A stretch of DNA of 64,000 nucleotides, taken from NCBI GenBank assembly GCA_951406725.2, contig OX597820.1, positions 125,550,001 through 125,614,000 on the forward strand, given 5' to 3'. Under the pieces are notes generated by a model that was not told where the DNA came from, did not search any database, and saw only the letters and a list, made by a program, of their open reading frames with translations. A program made the position numbers and the translations under genes. This document shows positions 13,150-27,832 of this stretch, one piece after another (the first letter of the stretch is position 1; each line of letters starts with the position of its first letter). The stretch comes from Octopus vulgaris. Lineage: Eukaryota.

Positions 13150-14400
13150 ATATTCTGGTCAATAGATTCCTTATTATCCACGATGGTCTAGATTGTTCAC
13201 AATTTCTGGACACATCAGGTATATGGTACTTATAACAGCAGCACCTGCTTATGAATGCTACGAGCGTTCATTTGTCATAAATTTCAAAACGATAGAAGTA
13301 AAATGATGCTATTTAAAATTTTCAGGTTAACACGTTCAAAGTTATTTTTGCCGTTCTGAAATGTGCTACAATGGTGAAGATTTAATTATGCGGTCCAAGT
13401 TTCGCTTCGTAAATCCAGTTGCAAATGCCAAGTATGTTAATTGGGTGGAACATTACAGTTTATTCAGCATATCTCTCTTAAGTTTGACAAAACCAGGTCC
13501 ATGGCTTTGAATATTCATTATCCTTGCCATTCCAACATCACTCTAAATTCACTTTTCACAACTATATATGTTAGTATGTCCGCCATTTTCTCTATGTCTG
13601 TGAGATTCTGGAATAATAGGTAACTGCTATATGAATAGTAGAGATTTTCAAGTAAATGATCATGTACTCATCGTACCATTTCTTCAGGCTTTCGAACTTT
13701 GACGCACCACAGCCAAGAGACGTCAGCGTACTTAAAATATATCCAATATTTTCTATTGAATATCATTTCGCTCATTTTGCACATATTTTGTACATATTTG
13801 TGATGCAAGATTATGGAGCGAAGGGAAATTTGTGAGAAGCGTTCCCCCTCTGTGAAGGAAACAGAATGGCGTATGCCAGAATTTCAAACGCCTGCTTGAG
13901 GTTGATACAAACTTACCTACTCTAAATCCCTCGTTGTTCCGCTATTAACAAGCGTTTTCAGTTTTTCAGCAATTTTTTTCAATGGCTACATTAAAAATGT
14001 GATCTCACTCTAAGTATCGAAGTACTGCTTATGATGTCTTCTCTTTGGTTTTCTCGCCAGAAAGCCATTGTTTTGTTCTGTGTGGATTTTGCACGCCTCC
14101 CCGATTTACTATGGCATTAACAACTTGACAGTGGTGTCCATATCAGTTGTCATGTTTTCGAGTGGAATTACTTTTGGCACTACTATTGTTTTGTTTTTAA
14201 ATATCTTTAGATTCTTAATCATTCGCTCGTTTAAGGAAAGCTCAACATTTTCATTTATTTGGTTGAACGCTGTCATATCATCTCGCTCAAATGTAGGCGA
14301 CCGTTTATTCAGGAGATAATGAAACGGTTCTAACAATCTTTTCCTCCATTCTCATTCATTAGTTGACCTAAAATCATTCAGAAGCTATACAGGAGATCCC
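13150..14400 (-). mobile_element. ancient RTE-clade LINE reverse-transcriptase relic (intronic)
   Basis: Ordered degenerate motifs on the minus strand: RLLEPFHYLLN, KIFKNKTIVVPKVIPLE (LKN.KA.G.D.IP.E), a GFR-like segment (EQ.GFR), KYAD, SETWT. Many stops and frameshifts. Confidence 0.65.
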
Positions 14401-14762
14401 TATCAATTTTGTGCTATTCCCTCTGCTTCATTTTCGTAAACATTTTGGTAGTTTTAATTTCCGTCTTTGAGATTATGCTTACTTTTACTATGCTTCATAA
14501 TAATTGCTAAACTGTACTATATTATTTTTGTCTTTCTGTGGAGTCTTCAGGGACAGGTTTAGTCACTTCACTCTTTCTCTTGGTGATAATATACTGCTGC
14601 GAAATAATATTTTCTGTCCGTGTATTTTTACCAATATTCACATTAAATATTTATAAAAGTTCTTATATATTATTTATTGTCCTTTATATGCACAAGCTAT
14701 TCGAACATTTAAAAAAAAAATTAAACGTATATTAATTCATATAAACTTTTATTTCTCTCCAG

Positions 14763-14929
14763 AGTTCCTATTATTCAGCCAGCAGAGGAGGAGCATCCTC
14801 TAGTCCACAAATATGCCCACATAACTTTCTTAGATGGCCCTGTGGCCGACGATGAATCAACGGACTCCTTGGCAATAGACCAAAATAAAGAAGAAGAAGA
14901 AAGAAGCATTATCAGTGGTGACATGCCAG
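14763..14929 (+). CDS. internal exon (167 nt, phase 2-1)
   Basis: Acceptor cttttatttctctccag, donor CAG|gtttga. GA+A completes Glu from the previous exon: EVPIIQPAEEEHPLVHKYAHITFLDGPVADDESTDSLAIDQNKEEEERSIISGDMP. GC content is higher than in the flanks. Confidence 0.7.
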
Positions 14930-15026
14930 GTTTGATAACAACTCCATGGCAATTGAGAATTACTCGAGTGCTATGCAGATATTGATTTTGTATATTAACA
15001 CACGTTTCTAAATTATTATATTTCAG

Positions 15027-15064
15027 ATTTTAAAACTACATACGATATTCAACATGATTCATAG
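15027..15064 (+). CDS. candidate proximal terminal exon (phase 1)
   Basis: Follows a 97-nt intron ending attatatttcag; reads DFKTTYDIQHDS* (TAG at 15062-15064). Confidence 0.45.
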
Positions 15065-16545
15065 AGGCAATCATGCATCTGAGCTAGTCTTAATATCGAC
15101 GTGACAAATTTGACTGACATTTTTATTGTTTAGTCTGTATAATATCCAATATTTTAAAGAGGTACATAACTGGCGTGAATATTTGAAAATGCGTAGTATT
15201 AACTTCGAAAATATAAATTACTAGTTATTATCTTATTAATAATATGAATAATTCATCATCTTAATAGATTTTCCACTGACAATTGAGAATAGAGGAAAGT
15301 TTTATTTAAAAATATTTTCGGAAATTGCATCTTAAAATAACAATGTTTATGAGACAATTAAATACTTCAAGTGATAATGATCTGTTTAGAAATCTGTTAA
15401 AGTTTCGGAATTACTTATTCTATTTAAGATTCTTCTAGATTGTGAGTGAAAGAATAATTGATTTAATACATTTTGTGTGAAATCAGTCTAACGGACACTT
15501 CCGCCAAATATACAACGAATTTAGTCAAATATGTATTTGAGAGGTACCCATAAAATGAGGAATACTAAAGTGGAGAATCTTATGCAAGTAAACAGAACTA
15601 TACAGATTGTCTTTTACTGATAAAATGATTCTGCAATTATTAGGTTTCATATGTGAACAGACAACTCCTTTGTAAACGCATTTTTCACAGCTAGATGCGT
15701 GCTTTTTCAAAATGTGATGCAGTCACATTGTCTTTAAACTGATTTAGAGAAAACTGAATAAATAAGATGAAAATTGGCCTAATAAAAGTCCCTAACATGC
15801 ATAAATATTTTATGTTTTCGACTTTAAATTTCATGTGATAATAGAGAAAGGAGTCGTTGAAATTGGACGGAAGTTCGGGAAACATGACACAATAACTATT
15901 ATGAGCTTGAACCGAAATATTTCGTAAAATAGCAAGAGCAACAACAATTATAACAGCAACAACAACGATGATGATGATGATGATGATAATAATAATAATA
16001 ATAGTAGTAGCAATGATGATGATCATGATCATGATCATGATGATGATCATGATGATCATGATCATGATGATCATGATGATAATAGAGATATGAAGAAGAA
16101 CTTCATTGATAATAACAGTTTTCTTCAAATAAAAAAGAAACAAAACCGGTACAGAAATGATAAAAGTGAATTATAAGGGTGTCACGAACACCAAGTATTA
16201 CGTCAAAAGTGTCCACACATGCTCCATAGCTCGTTTAAATGCATCGGAACATATATCCCTGGCTATTTATGCGCTGGTTTCATTCCCCCCCTCCTATGAA
16301 AAAGATGAGTACGAACCATACACTGAGTTCCACTGGTGATTACATTAATCCACCACGAATGATTACACTTGGGCCAGTATAGAAAACCAATATTACTGAT
16401 TAGGTTTTGTTAACCATGCAGGAACATTTTAGTGTATACTCCATTTCTTTCAAACACAAAAATGAGACTTCTAGTAAAACGATACCTCATTCTTTCTAAA
16501 TAGAATATATCTTCTATTCTAAATTGAAGCTTTCTGCATTTGCAG

Positions 16546-16599
16546 ACGAAAACAAATGTATTACTATAGCTGAAATATTTACTAGACATATGGGGTATC
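16546..16599 (+). CDS. candidate 54-nt phase 1-1 cassette exon
   Basis: Acceptor tttctgcatttgcag, donor ATC|gtgagt. Open DENKCITIAEIFTRHMGY, in the frame of the 14763 exon. Confidence 0.35.
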
Positions 16600-16919
16600 G
16601 TGAGTTAAATGACATGTTTCACCGGATAATAGTACGAGAGTGCAATTTACTGTATTAATTCACTCTAACAACATCGAGTGTGTGTCAAAATAATGCTCCA
16701 CATATTATATTCCATTTTCTCTAAACATGTATCTAAGCAGATTTCTTAGCTGCAGTATCTTGTCAGCATCCGATGTTCAGGCGTGTGTCTGGGGATAAGA
16801 TTGGAAAAACATGCCCATTTTTTAGCTAATGTCTTTAAGAATATGAATAGAGTACCTTAAAAAGTAACTACACTAATAAGAAAGCCTCCCTGGACATCAT
16901 TGCCTCAAGTCTTAGAATT

Positions 16920-17142
16920 CATACGACCGGTTATCCCGTTTCTATGGCGGATAGGTGATCGAGATCAAACGTGATCATTGAACGGGATGCCAGTCCGTCG
17001 TAGCTTAACTCAATTACAGTACAATGTCGTGGAGAAATGTGAAATGAAACAATGTGATGACAAACACAATGCATTCCCTGGTTCGGGAATCGATCTTGTG
17101 ATGGAGAGTGCCATACTCTGAATCACTGACAATGCGCTTCTC
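16920..17142 (-). mobile_element. degenerate tRNA-derived SINE
   Basis: The reverse complement has a tRNA-like head (tcagtgattcagagtatggcac...tcgattcccgaacc) and a ttgtgtttgtc...tttcatttcac core. Confidence 0.55.
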
Positions 17143-17179
17143 AACACTTTTATAGTCATAGAAATAATAAATAATATTT

Positions 17180-17615
17180 TTGGCACAAGTGAGTCAGTTT
17201 GGAGGAAGGAGGTAAGTCGATTACATCCATCCCAGTGTTCAACTGGCACTTATCGAATCCAGAAAAATGAAAGGCAAAATTAACATTGAACTCAGAACGC
17301 GAAAACGGACGAAATACCTATTTCTTTACTACCCACAGGGGGATAAACACAGAGAGGACAAACAAGGAGAGACAAACGGAGTAAGCCGATTATATCTACC
17401 CCAGTGCGTAACTGGTACTTATTTCATCGACCCCGAAAGGAGGAAAAGCAAAGTCGACCTCGGTGGAATTTGAACTCAGAACGTAGCGGCAGACGAAATA
17501 CCGCTAAGCATTAAGCCCGGCGCGCAAACGTTTCTGCCAGCTCGCCGCCTTAAACGGACGAAATACTGCTGAGTATTTTACCTGGCGTAACTACGATTCT
17601 GCCAATTCGTCGCAT
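17180..17615 (-). mobile_element. young Deu/Nin-type SINE (17318-17551) nested in an older copy of the same family
   Basis: The 15-bp direct repeat aaacggacgaaatac at 17303-17317 and 17552-17566 flanks a full-length copy like the one at 7061. The flanks are the two halves of an older, related SINE. Confidence 0.85.
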
Positions 17616-18199
17616 TCAGTGATGCTTTGCAATATAACACATAATTCAGTATACAGCATCCCATCTCAATTACAGTAATACGTACTCCTGTTCCTGTTAG
17701 AGCAGTGGTAATAACTAAACAGTAGGGACCAAAAATAACCTTACGAGATATATGTAGAAGCCTTCACTTCCGTTTGCGTTCACTCTTCTTTCAAATATCT
17801 ATAGCTGGTTGGCCAGTAATATATGGAGGCTTTTCCAATCCATTGCTTATATTAAATTTAGATACTGGAATCAATAAAGAAATAATCATTAAACATAAAT
17901 AAAAGATTCTGAATTGCGAATGTATATAAAAAAATGCGCATAATATTTCGATAAGTCAATGCAGTAGGAAAGCATACTATATTTTAGTAGTAATATAAAG
18001 TCAACAAACCAATAGATAAAATGCAGGCATTTTATTAAAAACAACGCTAAACTAATGGAAGAACATTAATGAACTTTTATATTTCTATCATCATTAAGTG
18101 GAGTTTTTTTCTATCCAACAACAATGGATATTACACGCGGCATAAATACAAATAAAAATAAACCAAGTGCAAAGAAGTGTCAACATGTAGTACCGGGAT

Positions 18200-18203
18200 T
18201 ATT

Positions 18204-18275
<72 letters not shown>

Positions 18276-18316
18276 ATTAATATTAATATTATTAATATTA
18301 TTAATATTATTATTAT
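18200..18316. repeat. (ATT)n microsatellite
   Basis: Trinucleotide run. Confidence 0.95.
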
Positions 18317-18528
18317 AAAAACTCCGAAAAATAATACACGGACTGTAGTCGAGCAAAAGAACTGAACTTTTCATTCAAAGTTTAAAAAACCCAGTTCCAC
18401 GATTTAGGCGAAAGAAATATACCTACTGCTATCTCTAGCAAAGTTACTCCATGGCATAAATTCACAAGCATCAACACATGCGTATACGAGCAGCGACTTA
18501 ACACAGGATTGTGTTTGCATGCGTGTCA

Positions 18529-18566
<38 letters not shown>

Positions 18567-18721
18567 TATACATACTGACACACAGGCACACACACACACA
18601 TATATATATATAGATATATATATAAGTAAATATATTTACACACATACACACACACACATATATATGTATATATATATGTATGTTTATAATATATATACAT
18701 ATATAAATATATTTGTGTATG

Positions 18722-18754
<33 letters not shown>

Positions 18755-19000
18755 GCAGAAATATAAACATACTGACACGGATATACACAAGGACATGCAT
18801 ATATTCAAATAATTGTTTCTCATTACGCACCCCAAAATTCATATTCAACACAGAGATATCAACTTAAGCACTGATTAACATCGTCGCCCAGTACTTCTTA
18901 AGAAATTATATATTGAATAACCCAGTAAGCACATTCATTACAAAACACCTGACTCATTGTAAAAGTGACTACATGTGATTACTATATATGTCTATATAGG

Positions 19001-19035
<35 letters not shown>

Positions 19036-19054
19036 TTCTCTCTCCCTCTTTCTA

Positions 19055-19097
<43 letters not shown>

Positions 19098-19146
19098 ATA
19101 TATATATATATATATATATTAGATATGTATATATACATATATATGC

Positions 19147-19178
<32 letters not shown>

Positions 19179-19505
19179 CAAGATATATATACATATTCAT
19201 GCATATACTTATATATCTCAACAAATATTACGCATATGCTGTCTACACACTTATCCACACACTTACACGGTTCTGTGTGTGTGCAATTGTGGGATAGTGA
19301 GTAGTCAGAACTCATTTTTTTAACCTTACACATAATTAGAAATAGGAGCAAATTACGCCATACTATGACAACCGTAAACTAATTAGATGCATCTTATTTC
19401 GAAACAACTTGCGGCTATCTTTAATTAACAGAAAATTCTCTTCAAGTATGCTTTTTCAACAGGAAATATGATATATGTGTGTGGGCTAGTTTGTATGTAT
19501 GTGTG

Positions 19506-19556
<51 letters not shown>

Positions 19557-19567
19557 ATATACATATG

Positions 19568-19623
<56 letters not shown>

Positions 19624-19629
19624 TATACA

Positions 19630-19678
<49 letters not shown>

Positions 19679-19687
19679 GTATATATG

Positions 19688-19733
<46 letters not shown>

Positions 19734-19952
19734 CGTAGATGTGAGTGTTACCACATTTATAATGAGCATTTATCTAAGCTTATAATGCGGGTGAAGAAGT
19801 TGATGGGTTTTGCGTGATTAGAAATTTCACGTTAAAATTATATGGATTAAATTTTGTGCGAGGGCAAATACTTAAAATATAACATTAATTTAAAATTTAT
19901 ATATAGATAGATATGGACATACATACATACACTCACACAAACAGACACACAA

Positions 19953-20008
<56 letters not shown>

Positions 20009-20196
20009 GCACACACATGCAAAATATATCTAGATATATGTGTGAACTACCTAAAGGAGGTGTAAATATAATTTAATGTAAGAACATCTCATAATTGAAA
20101 TACATACATAAATATATGCATATAGGTGTATATATATATAAATAAATATATATATGTATATATATATATATTACATGTCTATGTAATATCAATACA

Positions 20197-20244
<48 letters not shown>

Positions 20245-20307
20245 TACATACACATATGTATACGTACTCATCTATAGATTCCATAGATACATATATATGT
20301 ATACATT

Positions 20308-20340
<33 letters not shown>

Positions 20341-20765
20341 TTGCACGTATGTATGTATGTATAATAAACTATAATATTACGTGATGTAATACAATATAAA
20401 TACAAAGTTATCCTGTTTAAAGATACGAATCTGGTATTCATAATATGATACTAAGTTATAATTGTTTTCAAATATTGATTTGAATTTGAATTTTAATCTA
20501 GATTCGCTTATTTATCGCAAAGAAAATGCGTCAGTAGAATTAGAGGGTATTCTGCTGGTGCTATGTATACTTCCATTCTAATATATGTATGCATACTCAC
20601 ACACACACACATATATATGAATATATGGGTGTTTATATGTACATATGTATATACACATAATTATATATGTGTGTACGTATTTCTGTACATGCATACAAAT
20701 GTGTGTATATATATATATATATACACACATATATTTATGTATATATATATATATGTATATATGTA

Positions 20766-20851
<86 letters not shown>

Positions 20852-22350
20852 TATATGTATGTATGTATATATATATATATATACATGCACACATATATTC
20901 AGTTACATTATATGTACCTCTGTAATATTGGATTATTATTCTTGACAGTTGACGAATAACAAAGCACTGGTTTCCTTGCACAATATCTTAAAACATTTAC
21001 TGCTGCATCATTTCTTTTCTGAACATTTACTATGATTACCCTTTCCTTCTAGTCTGCAATAGAATATTAGCTTATATCTCATGATAAAATCCCTCGTCCT
21101 CTGATGTGACACACAATGAAAACTGACCTGCATATTTGACTGTAAATAACATTACCTGTGTTTTTTTTTTCTTTTTCTCATCTCAGTAGTTATACAATGA
21201 GACATTTATTAATTTCCAAAAGATTCTATTCCGTTTATAGAGTCATGTACATTATAATATATGAATATAGATAATATACATTGCTGCTGCATTTTACTTG
21301 CCATCTACTAGTCATTTTGCGCATAAGAATTTAGTAAAAAATTACGTGAAATACACTGAAGAAAATATCTTTATGTGTTATAATATATTTATTTTCTTAA
21401 AAAATATCTAACAGCAAAATATGAGGGTTGCAATAACTAGTGACGTTTTTAATCTGTTCTATAAGCAATTTAATTTGAAGTGCTGGCATTGGAAATATTA
21501 CCGCACATAAAGTATGTTTGTAGAATTAATTATTGAAGCATAACGAACACGATAATATTTGAAAACCATCTGTGAATGTCTTTTTGTATTTAGGAAGCTC
21601 GAATTACGACTTCCTTTGATGTAGGTTAAATATTAAATAAGAGATAATTTTCCTGGAAACCTATTTGACAATATGGCTACCTGGAAATTGTAGCAGCCAA
21701 CACACCGTGACTAACACGCATGGATGCCTTGTATCTTTCATTATATTAACGATTTACTAACATCATGTAACTTTACTGCTATACAAACTACTAACAGCAT
21801 GACAAGACATATATTACTGTTCACCAAAACTAACCGCATGATGGCTTCGAAACCATAACCATTTGCATGACTTTGTGAATAACCATATTAACATTAAGCG
21901 TTACTAACAGCATGGGGCTTTTTATGTTCTTTATCATTATAGAATTGATCGATGACAAGAATTCATTATATAATATTTGTTATTTCAAACAATATAAATG
22001 CAGTATTTACAAAATTCATCCACATAAATATTTGTAAAATATTGGTAATAAAAATAATGAAAACTGTATGATAGAATTATTAACTCTCAGAGATTTACAA
22101 AAATTTGCTGCTTATATATGTTTCTCTTTTCTTCGCATAATATTTAAACCCTATTTTGTGAATACTTGAAACATGAATATATTCCTTTGGAAATGTATCT
22201 CAATGTTCATTCAAAAGATATGTGAAATGCGGAAACAGAATTGAAAATGCAATTAATAGATAGAAGCAAAAATGAACATTTATGTGAGTGTGTGTATAAG
22301 CATATGTTTATGTGCATATACACACACGCAAATGTATATACATACATACA

Positions 22351-22425
<75 letters not shown>

Positions 22426-23276
22426 AATACATACTTTAAATGTTCAATATCTTTTGATAATTAAGCATAATTGAATTATATAATATGCACTGTGCATAAT
22501 ACTAATTATTATCATTATTATTATCATTATTATTATTATTATTATTATTATAACTTTATATAATATTATGACATGATGGAATCTATTGTCATATTAATGG
22601 ACCCAGTGTATAAACCAAATCTTAAGTAATAAAATCATTAATTTTAGGGCCGTTATATACATCACGTTACAATAAAAATGAAGCTAGTTTTATTTTACCA
22701 AAATTACGTTGATGTTGAAATGTTTTTGCACTAACTTGAAATAGCAGTTCTTGGAAATTTACTAGTAGATTATGATTTACTCGGGCAGTATTGAGCAAAT
22801 ATAGCCTGAATAGCGCTGTCCGAGAACACGTTGGTTATTTCCAGACTAGCATTGTACCTAAATAACGCATAGTCAAATTAATGCCAACATTAGTGTATCT
22901 TCCATTTCACAAGTAATGCTTTAAATACGATTCCAAGCCAAGATATAATATATTGCAAAGCAGTATAAAAACTGCATAAATAAGGATATAATTTATTATT
23001 GGTTCAATCATTTGATAATTTCGATAAATTACAAATACACATTTTTTATTAAAGAATAACGTTTTTAGTAAGCAAAACATCATATCATGAATAAATACAT
23101 GAAGGATGGATGAATATAAAAGGTAGAAGAAAAGATATCAGTAGCCACATATCCACGAATTCATCCACTATCCAATAAATATTTTCCTAATGTTCCAATG
23201 TTTAAATTTAAATTCTTCACAAAGTTTCTAATATTTATTTATTTTTCTGCCAATGAGTATACGTAATATACATATA

Positions 23277-23308
<32 letters not shown>

Positions 23309-24638
23309 GATATATATATATACACATGTATGTACGTAATATATAGGTGTGTGTGCGTTTATGTGTGCATGTGTGTAGATATGTAAACATATGTATGTGC
23401 ATATGTACATAAATGTATATTTATTCATATATGTATATGTATATACATATATATATATATATGTATATATATATCATACATATATACACATATATATGTA
23501 TATATATACATAAATATATGAATACATCATACATTTATGTACATATGCACATACATATTTTTACACATATACATACATGCATACGCACCCACACACACAC
23601 ACACCAGAGCCGGAGTGACAATATTCCTCTTAAACAGTACACCTAGGAGAAGCCTTTATATTCATGAGAGTTTTGCTTTTTAATTTGTCATCCTTTATTC
23701 TTAAAGGTATTACGGAGGAGATTAATGCATTCATATGAAATAACTCAAGGTAATGGTGTGCTCCACTGCAACGCCTTTATGCAAAATCTGGAATTCAAGC
23801 TCAATCTTTCTCTCTCTCTTTGACAATATGTAACACCTCTCTATAGACAAGATAATCGATGTTTATGTTTATACGACATTTATTAATGTGTCTGTTACCT
23901 GGAGACATTTGGCGAAAGCACTGCTGGTAAAAAAGTTGCTAATTCCGACGTTAATAAAGCGACCGTCTTTGCTCGCGATGTTATATACTACCGAAACTGT
24001 CCGTCAAGTAATGCTGCAGTGTTCCACTTGAACATCTAGCTCCCTATGAGATTATATTATTCTGTCTCATAATCCGTCATTTCTGGTGAACTCAAACGTT
24101 CGACATGATTACCCACTCTCTTCCTTAGTGCAGCGATCACTTACTTGTCGCCAAGTCCAAAAGTGACTTTTATTATTAAGAATATACTAAACCCCATGCA
24201 TAACTAATATTCTCCAAACTGGCAAACATTTATATGCAACCAACAGAATAGGCCATACCTGTACTCGTTCCAGGAACAAAGTCACTAATATGCTTGAGGT
24301 TTTAAAACAGTAAAATAACCAAAACAGAGAGCACGATGACTAGTCTTATAAAAACTTCTACCCGTTCCTTGTTGAACATAAACATCACTTAACAAAATCA
24401 TTCACAATTCTTCAAATTATAGTTTCTATTATATAACCTCCATTATAAACGAAGATATGTCCAGGATTGACAAACATTTACAGAAAAAATCAGGTTGAAA
24501 ATACAGACACTTTTATTTAAGTCCAGGAAAACATTTTGACACATTAAAGGACACGTTAATCCCATTAATGTGAAAGTGTCTATAAGGGGCGTGTGCGACT
24601 ATATATATGCATATGCATACCTATATATATATACATAT

Positions 24639-24722
<84 letters not shown>

Positions 24723-25229
24723 ATATATACATATATATATATGCACACAAATGAAAATATAATTATAAATAGATGGATATAAGCTATATTTAATCAGCAT
24801 TTAAAATATAGAGACATATGGAAAATTCTTAGCAGCCCATGCTTACTTTCGTCTTGACAAATTAACATTGTTTTTGTGTCATGTTATATTAAACTAACAA
24901 CTAACAAACTGTTTTTTTCTTTCTGCACAAATATTCGTACTCTCTTCAGATCGCTACATATAATCAGTCTCATTTCAATTAATTTTACAGTTCAAATTTG
25001 CTTTGTTTCATTAATGCTATCTAAATGACACTTATTTTCCATATGTTTTAAACTCCAGTATTACTATTAACCACTGTGGAAATAAATATGCATTTATTTA
25101 ATAAGTATGGGAAACATTCTAATATTTAATTACATATTAATGAATATATTAAACAGTAACCCATATGAAATAGTTTGTCAATAGTTGGAATACGCTAGTA
25201 TATGTATTGTCTATCACGTATAGTGATAG

Positions 25230-25274
<45 letters not shown>

Positions 25275-25978
25275 CACATGCATACGCACACGCACACATA
25301 TGTTTGCGTGTATGTATGGGTGTATGAACGTATGTATGTAAGCGATTGGCTTTCCTTTCTAGAAACTATTATACATATTTTGCCGACGAGTATGTCGTCG
25401 CTCATATTGTAACTGAAACGGTGGAAATATTTGACTGTATATCAGCCTGGATTTATACCAGTAAAATAATGATACGTATTTTCCAATATTTTGGATGCAG
25501 CTATCATTTCTTTCAATGAGTTCGCATCGTAAGTCGTTGCAAAAATTGCTGCCAAAGAAAAGCTCGACAATTTTGTAAATCCATAAATATTGACATGTGA
25601 TATATGAAGCTTTAGTCTCATATTTACGAAATCATATATTTTGCACTAGAGTGGATTAAGCTAATTTCCTTGCAATATTATTAATGCAAAAGCAAAGAAA
25701 CCATATCGCGTTACTTTGTTACATTTATATTCATTATTAATCATAATATATATTTACTTGACAAATGATGGAGAAACCTTTTAGCTATGAACCAAACCAT
25801 CTGTAAATTCGCCTTAATGTCTCTATTTGATTTCGGCCTTTATCTACAGGAAAACAGCATTTGGATAGCATTATAGAAAGGGAAGTTTAAATTTGAAAGT
25901 CATTTATTTTTCTTTTCATTTATATATTGCCATAAATATAAATATGCGAATAGGTATACCTAATGTATACATACATAC

Positions 25979-26012
<34 letters not shown>

Positions 26013-27738
26013 GTATGTATATACATATATCAACAATATGAATAATAAGGATTATATATGATGCGTCTGAAGTTTGGGTTTGTTTTATTACATATACTAA
26101 CAAGAAGTAGTTGTTCAAACCTGAAAGAGTTTTATGACATAAACGTGTCTGTGTATATATATGTATTGCGATATATATATATAATTTTTGATGAATTTCT
26201 TAACCATACAGATATATCCCATAATGTATAACCTTTCATGAAGGACAATTTTAATAAAACATAAGCTAAATTCATTCTGCCATATCCCTCTTTTCAGGTT
26301 TGAATCGCTGTGTGGTAATTTCAATCTCAAGTCATCGATTTGAAACAATGTGAAGCCAAAAGACTTTACCGTGTATCACTGTTTGTTACGTACTTCTCTG
26401 AAGTTTTCCCTTAGAGAAACCATTCATCAGAAAGAAACCATTCATCAGTGTATTCCATGAAATTGGAATCGACGGAATTTCACTATATTAAATTTAAACT
26501 GGTTTTCTTTCTTTCATTATTTTTTTCTATTATTTTGTAGTCTGAAAACTTCCATGCATTTTATAAGCCGCTAGTTAGTTATAAATGAATACAATATTTC
26601 ACCCCCTTGGTAATAGAAATGTGCACTAATAATACAATTAGTGTGTAGTTGAATAATATTTCATTTTATATTATACATAATATTTGACGTTGCATTTATG
26701 TTGCAGTTGTGGAAAAGTACATTCGAACTAGAGATAATATCAACGTGACAATTTGAAGGAATAAAGAACGAGTCTGTATTTAATGTAGTAATCTACTCAT
26801 CTTAATCAACAAAAAAATTTGAAGAAAATAATTCAGCATTTTTACACCTAAAAAGTAAATCCATGTACAATGTTTTAACATGTCTATAAAATGAAATGTT
26901 ATGCACATAAAAATGTAAAGTAAAGATACTGATGTAGACAACATTTAAGCAATGTTAATGTAGATGCATATACAGAATTATCAGGCAAAAAGCGAGAACA
27001 TCTTAAATTCTGTTCTACTTATGTATAATGGAAAGTATGGGGTAGAGGAGAAAGCAGATTTCACGGAAGGATTAAAATCTGCGTACAAATTTAGTTTAAT
27101 TGTTTCATTAAATTTAACAATTAATTATTATTTTTTAGCTTACTCAAAGATAATCATATAAGTAACCCATGCTTTAATTTAGTGTGATGCTGAAGCAATT
27201 GTACACACGTTTTTGATGTTTTAGTCATATTTAAGAGAGAAGGGTATGAAGACTGTTGAACAACTTAAAATACATGATATGTAATAGAAACATTTTAGTA
27301 CATTGTTAGGGGAAGATAAAGTTAATCTGATCGCATCGACTTTTAAACACAAGGACACAGTTTGAACGGAATTGTGCGCAAGGAGAAATTAAATTGTAGA
27401 TCGTGTTGATTTTTAGACACAATGGCATACTTACCCACGCTACATTGTTTTGCAAGGCACCTATTATAAACACGATTTTTCGCATTGCTGAAACTGTGTA
27501 TTCATAGTAGATTGCTTTCAATTATGAGGCAAAATTGCCTCGCCTATGCAAGAACATTGATAATGGATTTTCAAAACTCTACTTCAGTATATTACAACAA
27601 TGTAAAGCTTTCAACAAACTTAACAACGGTATACAATCGCAAATGTAATATATATAACCTTTAATATAAAGAAGCAAGTTTATGTATTACAGTCACTTAA
27701 AACAACTCTACAGATTAAAATAAGAAAACATGTTGTAC

Positions 27739-27832
<94 letters not shown>

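Noticed and set aside
24138-24400. Minus-strand donor sites (gtaagtg, gtatgg) with short hydrophobic peptides resembling signal peptides
   Set aside because: In-frame stops or weak acceptors, and no compatible downstream exons identified.
24905-24955. CTGAAGA...GAAA on the minus strand
   Set aside because: No stem I, stem III or cleavage triplet; not a hammerhead.
26414-26448. Tandem duplicate agaaaccattcatcag (two CTGATGA on the minus strand)
   Set aside because: A simple 18-bp-period duplication; no stem II/GAAA geometry follows.
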